Shown: positions 51,304 to 62,875 of the stretch, piece after piece
Layout of the letters: each line of letters starts with the position of its first letter
Numbering within the stretch: the stretch's first letter is position 1
Origin: Okamejei kenojei
Lineage: Eukaryota
Length of the DNA stretch: 64,000 nucleotides
NCBI GenBank assembly: GCA_035221665.1
Contig: CM069133.1
Span: forward strand, 44,702,001-44,766,000
Direction: 5' to 3'
Made by a program: the position numbers and the translations under genes
Notes under the pieces: generated by a model
Database searches by the model: none
What the model was told of the DNA's origin: nothing
Seen by the model: the letters and a program-made list of their open reading frames with translations, nothing else

Positions 51304-51967
51304 GTAAGGAAGATCTGTCTGTGTTGTGCTGTGGTGAACGATAAAATCACATTAACAACTGTAAGAGGGACATGAGATCCACTGACAGCTGGAGCCGAGA
51401 TCGGCCCACTCCATTGTAGGTTCCAAACCCTTGCCCTGGGCTTCCCTTGCTCAGCACTGCCCCCAGTGGTTGGACAACAGTGCTGATTCCAGCCAGAATT
51501 GCACGGAGCTCCCTGAAGCAGGATCAGAGATTCAGAACCACATTCATCTGCTGAACCTCCAGTCCCTGTGTCTGTGACATGGTCTGTGTTGCAAAGATCC
51601 ACAGACTGCCCTGGGGTATTTACATCCGTCTCTTTTCATTCACATTGAGTCCGGGAACCTGTATGTTCTCTCACTGAATATTACACAGACAGTACAGCAC
51701 AGGAACAGGCCCTTTGGCCCGCAATATCTGTGCAGAACATAATGGTACTGTAAGTTAAACTAATATCATCTGCCAACACATGATCCATATCCCTCCATTT
51801 TCTGTAGATCCATGTGCTTCTTAAAAACACTATCATATCTACAAATATTTCACTGCAGTCTCCTAGGGTGTGTTCTTCCAATCCCCATTCTGAAGGACTC
51901 TATCTGCACACACACCATCAACAGTGATTAATTCAATTAATTTAATTTAATTTCTTCCTTCTCCAAG

Positions 51968-52338
51968 TCCCAGCCACCATCCTGAAGCTGTCTGTTGTGA
52001 GCGACAATGTAACTGGAGAACACACCCTCGTGTGCTGTGCTGAAGGGAAGCCCCCTGCAAACATCACGTGGATCGACCCAGGGAACAGCGCACTGCCCGG
52101 GAACAGTAGTGAGATGACAGTCACGCATGATCCAGAGAAACTACTGACTGTGGGAAAGATGCTTCACCCCAGACTGCCAGGGAAATACACGTGTGTGGCT
52201 GTGAATGAGTACCAGAGAGACACGCGTGAGATCCGCCTATTCGAGGATGGACTAAGAGCGTTGGCCATTCGAACTGCCATTTATGCGGTCTATTTTCTTA
52301 TAATTGGCTTCACATTCTGTTGGTTGAAGAGAGGGTGA
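51968..52338 (+). CDS. Siglec-like receptor C2-set Ig domain plus transmembrane helix (intact frame)
   Basis: Acceptor ttcttccttctccaag, phase 1. VPATILKLSV...LVCCAEGKPPANITW...GKYTCVAVNEY resembles the Siglec-15 C2 domain; TM LAIRTAIYAVYFLIIGFTFCWL followed by KR. Confidence 0.92.
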
Positions 52339-53385
52339 ACGTCGCCATCTCAGCTCCATTGCTGGGTGTCAACAGGAGGGATGCTGCACCTCCACTGGCA
52401 GTGGCAGGTTCTGGTGATGTGGATCAGGCAGTGTAACTTCGGAGAGAAACAATGCTACATTCCCCCAGCTATGACCGTGTGTCTGTGGGGTACATGGAGC
52501 TGTCCTCACGTCAGTCCGACTCAGCGGCTCCTCCCTCAGTAGTGTATCCCATACATTTGCAACTGCATTGCTGCTGATTCCTGCATCCGCATAGAACTCA
52601 AATTTCACATGCCTCTTAGCTGTCTTCCTTCATCCTAAACCATGGCTTAATCTCTACCTTAGCTGACAGAGGCCTTGGCAGCTTTGAATCGTTTTCATGA
52701 ACTTCTTTTTGCTAATTCCTTCCCCAAGGCAGAGCAAGAATAGATTTTCCCTGATCCTCATTTCCCACCCACTAGTCTCTGCATTCAATGGATCAACCTT
52801 TATAGCTTCTGTTACCATCGGTGCACGTACACCAACAGACACATCTTCCAGCTGCCTACACTTTCAGCATCCTGAAGGGTCCATTCCCTTTGCGACTCCA
52901 TCATCTGCTCTTCCATGCCATTCAACCATTTACTCAGAACAGTGCATGGTGTAATTTTCCAGGTTAGACTCTGCAATCAACAATATCGGTTTGCTCACTT
53001 TCTCTGTCTGTGTCAAGGCTGGTCAGCTGTGTTGTAGATAATCCATCTGCATTATGAACTTGTTATCCTCTCTCTACGGGCACGGCCTGATCTGTGGCCA
53101 TCTCCTGTAGCTCTGGCTTCCATTTGCAGTTTCTACGTGTTCTCTTTCTAAATGCTCAGATAACTTTGTCAATCATTTATTACTATGGAAACCAGACATC
53201 TCCCTATAAGACATTCCTTTTTTTGCTGTCCCTCTCTCTCTCTATCTCACTCTTTCTGCACCAACAATCTTTTTTATTGTCTCAGCTGTTCAATCAGAAG
53301 CACAAAACTCTTTCTCTCTGCAAAGATGCCACCTGACCCGTTGAGTATCCTCTGCACTCTGGGGAGACATTCCTTTTCCTTGCAG

Positions 53386-53420
53386 ATCACAGGTGTCCCC
53401 TGCATTATGGAGCGTTGCCT
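53386..53420 (+). CDS. Candidate cytoplasmic exon (DHRCPLHYGALP if phase 1)
   Basis: Acceptor ccttttccttgcag, donor gtaagc, LxYxxL motif. Phase does not match the available TM donor by 1 nt. Confidence 0.4.
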
Positions 53421-53522
53421 GTAAGCTGAAAACCGCATAATATTTTTTTCGCACTAATTCTAAGAGTGCAAATTTTATTCTGCATCTCAAATTTTTCACT
53501 GGTGATTTGTGAATTCTGCAAG

Positions 53523-53684
53523 GGAGAATTTCCATTACCGGAACATCCGGAATATGGGCTTTACTCAAATTGGACTGGTGGTTGGGTTCAAGGATTGGGC
53601 ACGTCTTCTAACATGAGACGAGATCTCCTGGTAAAGAGTGATGACTACATTGACGAATCTGGTATCCAGTTCACTTGTGTCTGA
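53523..53684 (+). CDS. Candidate terminal cytoplasmic exon (GEFPLPEHPEYGLYSNW...TCV*)
   Basis: Phase-0 compatible with the preceding candidate exon; Tyr-containing open frame; weak acceptor. Confidence 0.3.
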   Translation, partial: GEFPLPEHPEYGLYSNWTGGWVQGLGTSSNMRRDLLVKSDDYIDESGIQFTCV

Positions 53685-55391
53685 AGCCAGTGTGCTAAAC
53701 TTTAATTAAGGCACAAAGGTGAAATGGCGGTTGGCTAAAATAGTTTCAAAATGAAAGAAAATGCCGACAGTAATGTTGTGAAGATTATTTATAGAGGATT
53801 GGAGATTGGAAGACAGAAGTAAACATCTTAAAAAATTATGAGGACAGAATTGATGGAGAAAATTGGTAAATATAAAAGGGATAAAAGGAGCTTCTGCAAG
53901 TATAAAAAAAGGAACAGAGTATCCAAAGCAAACAATGGATGAAAGCACCAAAAGTACAGCAGATACGCTGTCTGACGATACAAAGACAGGTGGCTTAGCA
54001 AGTGATGAGGACACAATGGGCCGGCACAGACATATAGATGGTTTAAGTGAGAGGGGAAAAAAATAGCTGAATTAGTATGATGGGGGGGAAATGTACCCTG
54101 TAATGTTACATTAAAACATCCTTACTTTTATACACTCATCTTGTGCAATAAAACCAGCATTCCATTTGTCTTTACAACTGCTTACAATACCTGCACGCAA
54201 GTCTCTTGTGTTTCACATGCACATACCCAATTTTAGGGGAAAATGAAATGGCAAGTTATTATTTGATTGGTAGGTGAATACAAACCATTTCCTAACTGTC
54301 TTCCACATATCTTAACACCATCACCCTCATTCTACGGCCCACTGGTTCCTATTAGATTTCATTCCCCCAATATCAGTGCTTGAATTTTGCATACCTACCT
54401 CAATGTGGTATTTGATTAAAGATCTTCTGAACTTGCAAACACACTGCACCCACACATATTTTCCTACCAATTACATACATAGAAAAAAAAACTCCCAGCA
54501 GGGTTGTCGAACCTTGAATTAAAAAAAATAGCCCCAGTACAGGAAGCATGTGGAAGCTCTTTGGAGAGGGTGCAGAAAAGGGTTACCAGGATTAGAAAGT
54601 ATGAGCTATGAGAAGATGTTAGGACATACTTGGATTGTTTTCTCTGGAGAGTTGGATATTGAGGGAAAATCTGATAGAAGTATAAAAAATTATGAGAGGC
54701 AGAGATTAGGTCAACAGTTAAAACCTTTTCCCCAGGTAAAAATGACTAAGACTAGAGGGTATCGCTTTAATACGAGGGGCAGGTTTTTTTCTACATAGAG
54801 TGATGGAGCCTGGAATGCCCTGCCGGGTTTAGTGGAATCAGATACAATAGGCCATCCAAGAGGCAATTAGATAGACACGTAGATATGCAGGGAAGGGGGA
54901 TATGTGGATCACATGCAGACAAAAGAGGTTAGTTTACCTTGCCATCAAATTTGGTTGGGACATGATGGGCTGAAGAGCTTGTTCCTGTGCTGTACTGTTC
55001 CTATCTTCAGTATAATCAAATTAATTTTATCTAATCCCTTAAAACTTTCAAAGCGTGCTGTTATCACATGTATAGATTCCAGCAAAATACATGCTAATTG
55101 TGTGAGGCTAACTGGTGTGTAGTTTGTTTATTTCTCTCAAACACCATTTGTTGCATTTGGCACTTGCCAACCTTCAGGAAACGTTGCAGAAGATGTGAAA
55201 TTTGGGGCCATTGCAACCAGTGCATTTTGCGGTGACTGGCAAGTGGCAGTGGCAAGGGAGACGTGAGTGTGGAGGGATGAGCGCACCTGGGTGCAGGGGC
55301 AAAGTGGTCTCTTGTCAAGGCAGAAATGGGAGGTGACATGAAGATAGACCATGGGTGGGCATCGCGTTGAAGTTGGTGGAAATATCATAGA

Positions 55392-55861
55392 TTATTACCT
55401 ATACGAGGTAGTTTTACCGGGCAATATTAGTTCGTATTTTGACAGGTCCAAAAACGCACAGTTTCCGGCGGGCAATATTACTTGGTATTTTTCTTCTTCC
55501 GGGTTTCGCCATTGACTTTACGTTGAAAAACTGCGGTCAATAACAAAGATGAAATATTACATCCGGCATACATCCGGGACACGAACCCGGCCAAAGTTCA
55601 CAGCGAAGAATCAGCTCACGGCATCTAAACAAACATGGCAGCCTCCAGCAGTGCGAGATTCGCGTCTCTTGACGACGACGGAATTATTTTAATTTACGTG
55701 CGGATAGGTAATAATTATAATATTGACTGTCTTCTTTCGGGAGACACCAGGAATATTGCCCGCACTGAAATCATATTGCCCTCGTCTTCGACTCGGGCAA
55801 TATGATTTCAGTTTGGGCAATATTCCTGGTGTCTCCCTCAAGGCCAGTCAATATTATATTA
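55392..55861 (+). mobile_element. Single-copy Crypton-like 470-bp element at the paralogous site
   Basis: Same flanks (catagatta / aatgttcacgtgg) as the dimer at 1097-2036. Confidence 0.6.
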
Positions 55862-56124
55862 ATGTTCACGTGGATGTGGAGGCTGGTGGGGTAAAAGATA
55901 AGGGCCAGTGGAACTCTAAACCTGTTCTGCCTGGGGGAAGGGAAGGGGGGGAGCTGCACGAATGGAGGAGACACAGGTGAGGGCATCATCCACAACTGTA
56001 GGGTGTTGAGGAGTGTGGGGGGCAACCGCATTTCCTCTAAAAGGAGGACATCCCAGATCTCCTAAAGTGGAAATCACCCATCTTGAAATCATCTCAAGAA
56101 GAGGCTTTCCACTCCCGGAGATCA

Positions 56125-56865
56125 CAATCAATCAATCACAATAATACTTTATTAGCCAAGTATGTTTTGCAACATACGAGGAATTTCATTTATGAAGTCA
56201 ATCATACAAATAAAAAGCAAAGGGACACACAAAATACATTTTAACATAAACATCCACCACAGTGACTCCTCCGCATTCCTCACTGTGATGGAAGGCGAAA
56301 AAAAGTTAAATCTCTTCCCTTATTTGCTCTCCCGCGGTTCGGGGCCTCGAGTTCTCCGTTGATGGAATGATCTTGAGTCGTGTAGCTGGCATCATTTGGG
56401 GCCCCGCATCATCAGCTCCTGCGTTGGGGGGATGTCAGTTCCCCCGCGCCAGTGATCGGACCCCCTCGGGGCTGGTCGAACCTCTGCATCATTGGAGCTC
56501 CCGACCCGGCCTCTCCCGAGACTGCAAGCTCGATGGTAAACTCCGCAGGCCGCGACTGGAGCGATCCCAGGCAAGGGTTCAGCTTCGATGTTAAGTCCAC
56601 ACCCCACAGAGGGGCTCCAAAGTCAGTCTGATGAGTTCTCCAGCTCCATTGATGTTAGGCCGCAGAGCGACCGGAGATGCAACCCGGAAAACATCGCATC
56701 TCCGGTGAGGTAAGAAACTAAGAGAAAAAGTTTCCCCCTCCCCCCCTCCCCCTCCCCCCACATGAAACAAACCGGGGAACATTTACACAAACTTTTAAAA
56801 CACACTAAAAATGTTAAAAAGGATGGAAGAACGGACAAGACTCTTGGTGAGGCTGCCAATCATGC
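56125..56865 (-). mobile_element. Non-autonomous Rex1-type retroelement (paralog of 2302-3030)
   Basis: Same position in the duplication, same termini. Confidence 0.7.
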
Positions 56866-57450
56866 ACCGCCCCTGGTGCAACAGGCAGTATGGGTTTGGG
56901 GAATTGTCAGGTTGGTGGTTTTGGTGGAAAGTGATGAGATGCATTATGGGATGGGAGACAGAGGTCTGCTGGCTGTTTGTAGTTCACTACATGAGGAGGT
57001 GTTCAAAGAGCTGTCCCATGGACACACCAAGGGTGAATGGAATAGATCTATCAGATGGTATGTCCAGAACATGGGTAGATCTGATCTACGGTAGAAATGT
57101 GTGAACAAGTGCTGATGGAACTGTGAACATTTCACAATTACCCCCATGCTGCTCAATAAAACTTTGTATCTTCACCTTTTCCCATTCCCACCCCAGCTTC
57201 TGCAGACTATTACAGGACGATATTATAGAATATGGTTCACCAAGAGTATCAGAGAATAAGCGGCAGCCCTTTTGTACCAGGACAGGAAAATAAAATGACT
57301 CCTTGACAAATAACAAGAGCAACACAGTAGACTGTAAATCAAATGGCAGTAAAGACGAGGAATGGGAGAAGACCAGGCTGGGGACATTAAAAAAAGGAGC
57401 ACTGTAAACAGAGGTTCAAGGTTCAGCCACTGATTGCGGATGTTTCTCTC

Positions 57451-58117
57451 TTTTGTTAATTATTTTTATTAGAAGTAAGTACATAATAAAAGAAGAATAT
57501 ACATGTCACATACATTCTTAATATTATTAATATTAACAATTATATCTTAATTGTACTATGCATTTTTTTTATTTTTAATACAGGTAGGAATTAATGGAGA
57601 AAAATAAAGTAAAAATAGAAAATCAAAAAGATGAATGAGGTGTTAAGCAGGTTATACATCATTGGAGATATATCTATGGTTTATTATATGTGATTCTTCA
57701 CCTATTCTTTCATTCAGGCTTCAGTCAGGTTCTCGCACCGAGCCATTTTAACCCTTTAAATATTCAATAAATGGAGACCATATCCCTCTGAGATGATCCA
57801 GCTTGTCCAGTCGGACAAGTCTTAATCTTTCCAGGTGAAGTGTCTCCGACATTCCTGTAATCCACATTTTGATTGTGGGGGATGTAAGACCTTTCCAAAA
57901 TTTTAATATTAATTTTTTCCCAATTATTAAACTGTAATCGATAAAAATTATTTGATTCGTTGTTATTAATTGATCTGTTTCTAATATTCCTAATATTATT
58001 AATTTTGAGTCAGGAACCAAATTCGTATTAACAACATTCGAAATTATCTTAAATATTTCTGTCCAAAAGTTAGTAATTTTTATGTAGTTTGTGAATGAGT
58101 GCGTTAAATTAGTAAGA
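57451..58117 (-). mobile_element. L1 LINE 3' fragment
   Basis: KKLILKFWKGLTSPTIKMW...WSPFIEYL is the L1 ORF2 C-terminus; AT-rich 3' UTR. Confidence 0.9.
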
Positions 58118-58876
58118 TTAAATGAGAACTTACCAGTTCGAAGTTTGATTGTTATTTTATGAGGAGTAACGATGAGGGATTACGTGAAGAAGCCCTGCCT
58201 GGCGCATGATCGGCATTAATTCAAAGCAGCGGCATGAAAAAACACAGAACCAATATAGCCGGAGTAAGATAGTAAGACTGTACATAGATTGAGAACTACC
58301 AGTACGATCATTTATTTTATGAGGGTTGGGAGTGGAGGGCACGTAATCCCTCAAGTTTTTTCATTATAAAAGAATGAAAATAATGCCCTTTCTATTGAAA
58401 GGCAAATTTATCACCAAAATATCAATTGATAATATAATTTGATAATATAAACAAAGCAACAATTCCAGAGAACCCAACACTGCGTGTCTAAACCTGACAC
58501 CATGACTGGTTCTTTGTAACTTTAAAATTTATTTTACATCCTCCTACGGCCTTTAATCATTGCTCGAGCGGCCCACCCTGTGCCATTCCTTTGAATGTGT
58601 CTAACTCCTTAATGGAGTGATTTTCCACATCTCAATGTCTACTTCCACTGAGTCTTAAACATGTTTTAACTATCTAGAATGTAATTAATAATAATAATTA
58701 TAACTTTATTACGGACTCAAGGTCCAGACAAGGGGCAACATTACATTAAAAATGCATTGCATATCAAATATCATAAATATATATAAAATCATGGTAAATC
58801 ACATAAAAACACCATAACTTAGATATTTTTTTAAAAACCCACAATACTTAAGTTAAAAATCCAGAGTAAAAAATGA

Positions 58877-61690
58877 TCAATGTCGTACAACGAGACAACG
58901 ATACCAGTGTCTCCACAACTGGGATTCGTAGCGTGTAGTGCTAACCCTTATGTTTGTCAAGGCCACAATAAGCACATTTTTAGAGTAATTTATCCTGCAA
59001 ATGAATTTATACATGTGGTGTCTTAGGATAGCTTCTAAAGTACTGACTCCTGCAGCCACAAACATATTACTGGCACTACACCATCTTGGTTGCCTTAGCA
59101 ATGTTCTCATGGCATTGTTATAAGCAACATTTAGTCTCTGCATACTTGCCTTTAAATAGTTCGACCACAGGTGTGCAGAGTAAAGGGGTGTGCAGTATGC
59201 TCTAAATAAAGAGATCTTCACCACGTCTGCACGCGCACCAAATTTATGCAAGAGGATATTTGCCTGTATATACAGCATACGTCATTGCCTATAAATATCC
59301 TCATCATCTGTCATTTGTTCTGTAATAATATGCCCTAGATATTTTATCTTATTACAGACACTAAGATTGTTGTCAGACAATTTAAAATCAGGATATTTTA
59401 GGCTTTTATTCTCTTTGGTTCTACAGACCATAACAGCACTCTTACTAGCATTATATTTAATGTCATGTTCAAACCATACACGGAACATGCAGGAAGGAGC
59501 TGCTGGAGACCAGCGCTAGATGGACTAAAGACGACAAGCTCATCTGCATACATAATATGGTTCACTAATATATTACCAATCACGCACCCAGTGTTACAGG
59601 CTTTCAATTTTTTAGACAGATCATCAATATATAGATTAAAAAGGACTGGGGACAAAATTCCCTCTTGTCTAACACCATTGCTAACCCCAAATGGGGCTGA
59701 GACCCTATTGCCCCATTTTATTTGCATAGTCTGGTGGGCATACCAGTAGGCCAGTATTCTCACAATGTATTTAGGCACCCCTCTTTGACGCATTTTATCA
59801 AACAGCTCTCTGTGATTAACACGGTGAAAGGCTTTGGAAGCATCAATAAAGCACATAAGGATTGAAGAGTTTTTGCCTCTATATTTGTTTACAATCTCCT
59901 TTAGGGCATATATGCATAAGTCAGTGCCATGTTTAGATTTAAAGCCAAACTGGTTATCTGTGGAGTTAACAAACTCATGTATTCTATCCAGCAGAACTCT
60001 TTCTAAGACTTTTGACAATATGCTGGCTAAAGCTATGGACCTGTAATTATTTAGACTGCCTACTTTACCTGCTTTGTCCTTAATAACCGGCACTAACAGG
60101 ACAGACAACATTGAGTCTGGTAACATGCCATGTATCATAAAGCCAGTAAAACAAATAGCTAGGAGAGGAGCTTTCCTCATACTCGCATACTTAAGATGTT
60201 CAACAGAGATATGATCCAAGCCACTTGCTTTGTTGTTGGACAGCTTGTTCATGGCATGATACACCTCATGTGACCATCGAGTCATTACTCTTAATATTGT
60301 CCACCCTATACAAGTCTCCTTGGACACAATTGAATAAAGTGCTATAATGTTGTCGGCATAACTCCGCGATATTAGCCATTCCGGAGATTCCATCTACAGT
60401 ACATGGTAGAGATGTTTTGCAACTGCTAAGAGCTCTCACTTCTTTCCAAAAAGCTGTAGCATTGTTACTTAGCAGCTTCTTAGCCATGGAATCAGCCCTC
60501 ATAGCTTGCTCATTTGTACAGATGAAGCGAACAGCATACTTATACCTTGCATTAGTGAGCTTCTTGTGCTCAGACACAGGCCCCTGTCTGGGTCTACCTG
60601 CCATAGCCCATGCTTTGGTGGCTTCACGGGCTTCAGTATGATACTCAGCTACATACTTATTCCAGCCAGGTCTGATGTTATGTGTCTTATTTTTATGCTT
60701 GCAGTAGGACTTACTGCCTACATATAAGGCGCTTACTATATCTTTATACATGGAGCAGATATCTCTCCTATGCTTCATATCTTTACAGTTAACATTACTA
60801 CATATTATTGCATCTTTAGGTAGATGAATATTGCTTAAGGATTTATTTGTATGGGCATAATAGGCTAGGATGGCGTCCTTTGTAAGCGTTGACCAGTCCA
60901 GTTTTTCTGTGTTAAGGCTATTTCTATCTCTGGATACCACAGGTATGTGTTCAACATTTATTGTCATAGCAACAGGTATATGATCAGTCATTGCTGCCCC
61001 GTACAGAATGCTCATACACCCAAATGAGGCATGTGCATCAGCTGTACTAATACAGTGGTCCAGCCATGATGTGGTGTGCCAGGCCTCACTAATATAAGTA
61101 TAGCTATCTGTAGGTAAAAGCACTTTGCTTGATAATATTAAATTATTATCTTGACAGAACTGAGCCATATGATTGGCAAATAATGAGTTCCTATCTGAGA
61201 TATCTGCATTCATATCCCCAATGACATATACGGTACAATAATTATTGTTTTGAATGAAAGAATAGATGAAAGCAGGTCTATTTAAATATTCATCCTCATT
61301 CTGATGACATTCATAGGGTGTATATACATTCAGGATAACAAATTCCTTATTGTTGTGAATAAAGTGTATGGCAATGCACCAATCAACATCAAGCTGAATC
61401 ACATTTACTGATGAGTCAAGCTTCTTGTTCCATAGAATGGCCACCCCACCTGGTATCCTACCTCTGACTATTCCCATGCCAAGGTCAGTTGTAGACTCCC
61501 CAACCCCGTGAAAGTTGTCATTGAGAGAACTGAGTTTGTCATAGTCTTGCTTCGCTAAGAATGTCTCTTGCATACATAGTATGCCACAGTTCTCCAGGAG
61601 GTTGTCAACAACTGAGCGGCGAGCTTTATCCCCTGCACTCTGGCCCAAATGCAGGCCACGACAATTGTATGATAGTACTCTAATGTTCAT
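58877..61690 (-). pseudogene. Proto2-like ORF2 (APE endonuclease plus RT), few frameshifts
   Basis: SYNCRG, CMQETF, GDMNA, WLDH, TDHIP; NYRSIAL, QFGFK, FIDASKAF, GVRQEGILSP, MYADE; VAYNNAMRTLL...CSASNMF. Confidence 0.9.
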
Positions 61691-61699
61691 TTAGTAAGA

Positions 61700-62875
61700 C
61701 TAGTGAGTGCCCCTAGCACCAGCAGGTATACTCATTCGCCCCGCGGCAGGCGCAGTGCTTGATCCGATTACTCCAACCCTGCGCGGCTCGTAATAGCGCC
61801 GTACAAATGCCCCTTCTGGCCAGATCTCCGGATTGTACATTTCGCCAACCTCATTGCATTCCGCAGATACTTTAAATGAACTGTATCTACTGTGTACATT
61901 GTCAATCTTTTGACAGGTAACCTCACGGCCAAGTTTTTCATTAAGATAGACAGATAAAGTTCTGACGTCTAGATCTGGTGAAAACGTGGAGGCAAAAACA
62001 CTCACCAGCTTAGTCTTAATCATTTTGATGTTGCCCGCAGCTCCGGTACCAATAGTAGGCATAGCATTACTGGATTTCTTTATCTGCCCGGTGGACAATT
62101 TTGGCTTACGAACAGTGTTGTCTGGAGCATGTCGTCGACCCTTTTTCACAACATGACTCCACTTTGGAGAGTCTTGCAACGTTAGACCATTGGGACTATT
62201 CTCCACGTTTAATGCAAGGCCCTCCGCCACAGCCCTCACTCCAACAACTAAGCCAGAGGCTCCTGCCCGTGCAGCTCCCAGTGCTGTCTCTGCCATGCCA
62301 ATGGTTCCATCCAACACCGCCAATGCATCTGGACCACCGCCCCGAGACAGGTCAGTGTTGTGCTCCAATGCACACACTGGAGTAGTGATCAAGGTGCGCT
62401 CCAATGCACCCACTCAGCGATCAAATTCCACCGTGATGGCACGAAAATCTTCGCTTATATCAGCCTGTAGCTGCATGATGTGTTTCATTGAACAGACCTC
62501 AGCGTACAGCTGCTCCATTCTCCCAAGTAGGCTCGAGACATCTATGTTAGAAAATGTCACCGGCGGCAGTTCATCCAAGTAGTGAGAGACAAATCTAGGA
62601 GTATTCTCCGCACACTCATTCATTACTTTAAGGCAACTCTTTATGTTGTTTATGTCTTTCTGTGCCCCTTTATGGGAGACGTTCCGCTGTGTAGTGGGGC
62701 AGAGTTCAAACAGAACTTTCTTCGAGGACTCTATCCACTCAGAGTCAAAGGTATTTGCGGCCAGAAGGACGATCTCATCCTGGCTTAATGTCTTAATCTT
62801 TACAGCAAGAAAATTAAGTAACTCATCCTCGACAGTAACCTTACCGTCAACAGTCTTGTAGATCACAGGCTTCAT
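61700..62875 (-). pseudogene. Proto2-like ORF1 (~391 codons, one in-frame TGA at 62414-62416)
   Basis: MKPVIYK...ELLNFL...PRFVSHYLDELPPV...YSSFKV...WPEGAFVRRY; the two track ORFs are in the same frame. Confidence 0.8.

Larger units (their letters stand above)
54303..57450 (+). repeat. Segmental duplication copy B (3' flank of the Siglec-like gene)
   Basis: See copy A. The match ends where an L1 3' end is inserted. Confidence 0.95.

Noticed and set aside
37835-52338. Assigning the symbol SIGLEC15 or NCR3
   Set aside because: Domain count, TM charge position and tandem-cluster context fit neither ortholog; phylogeny and synteny are needed.
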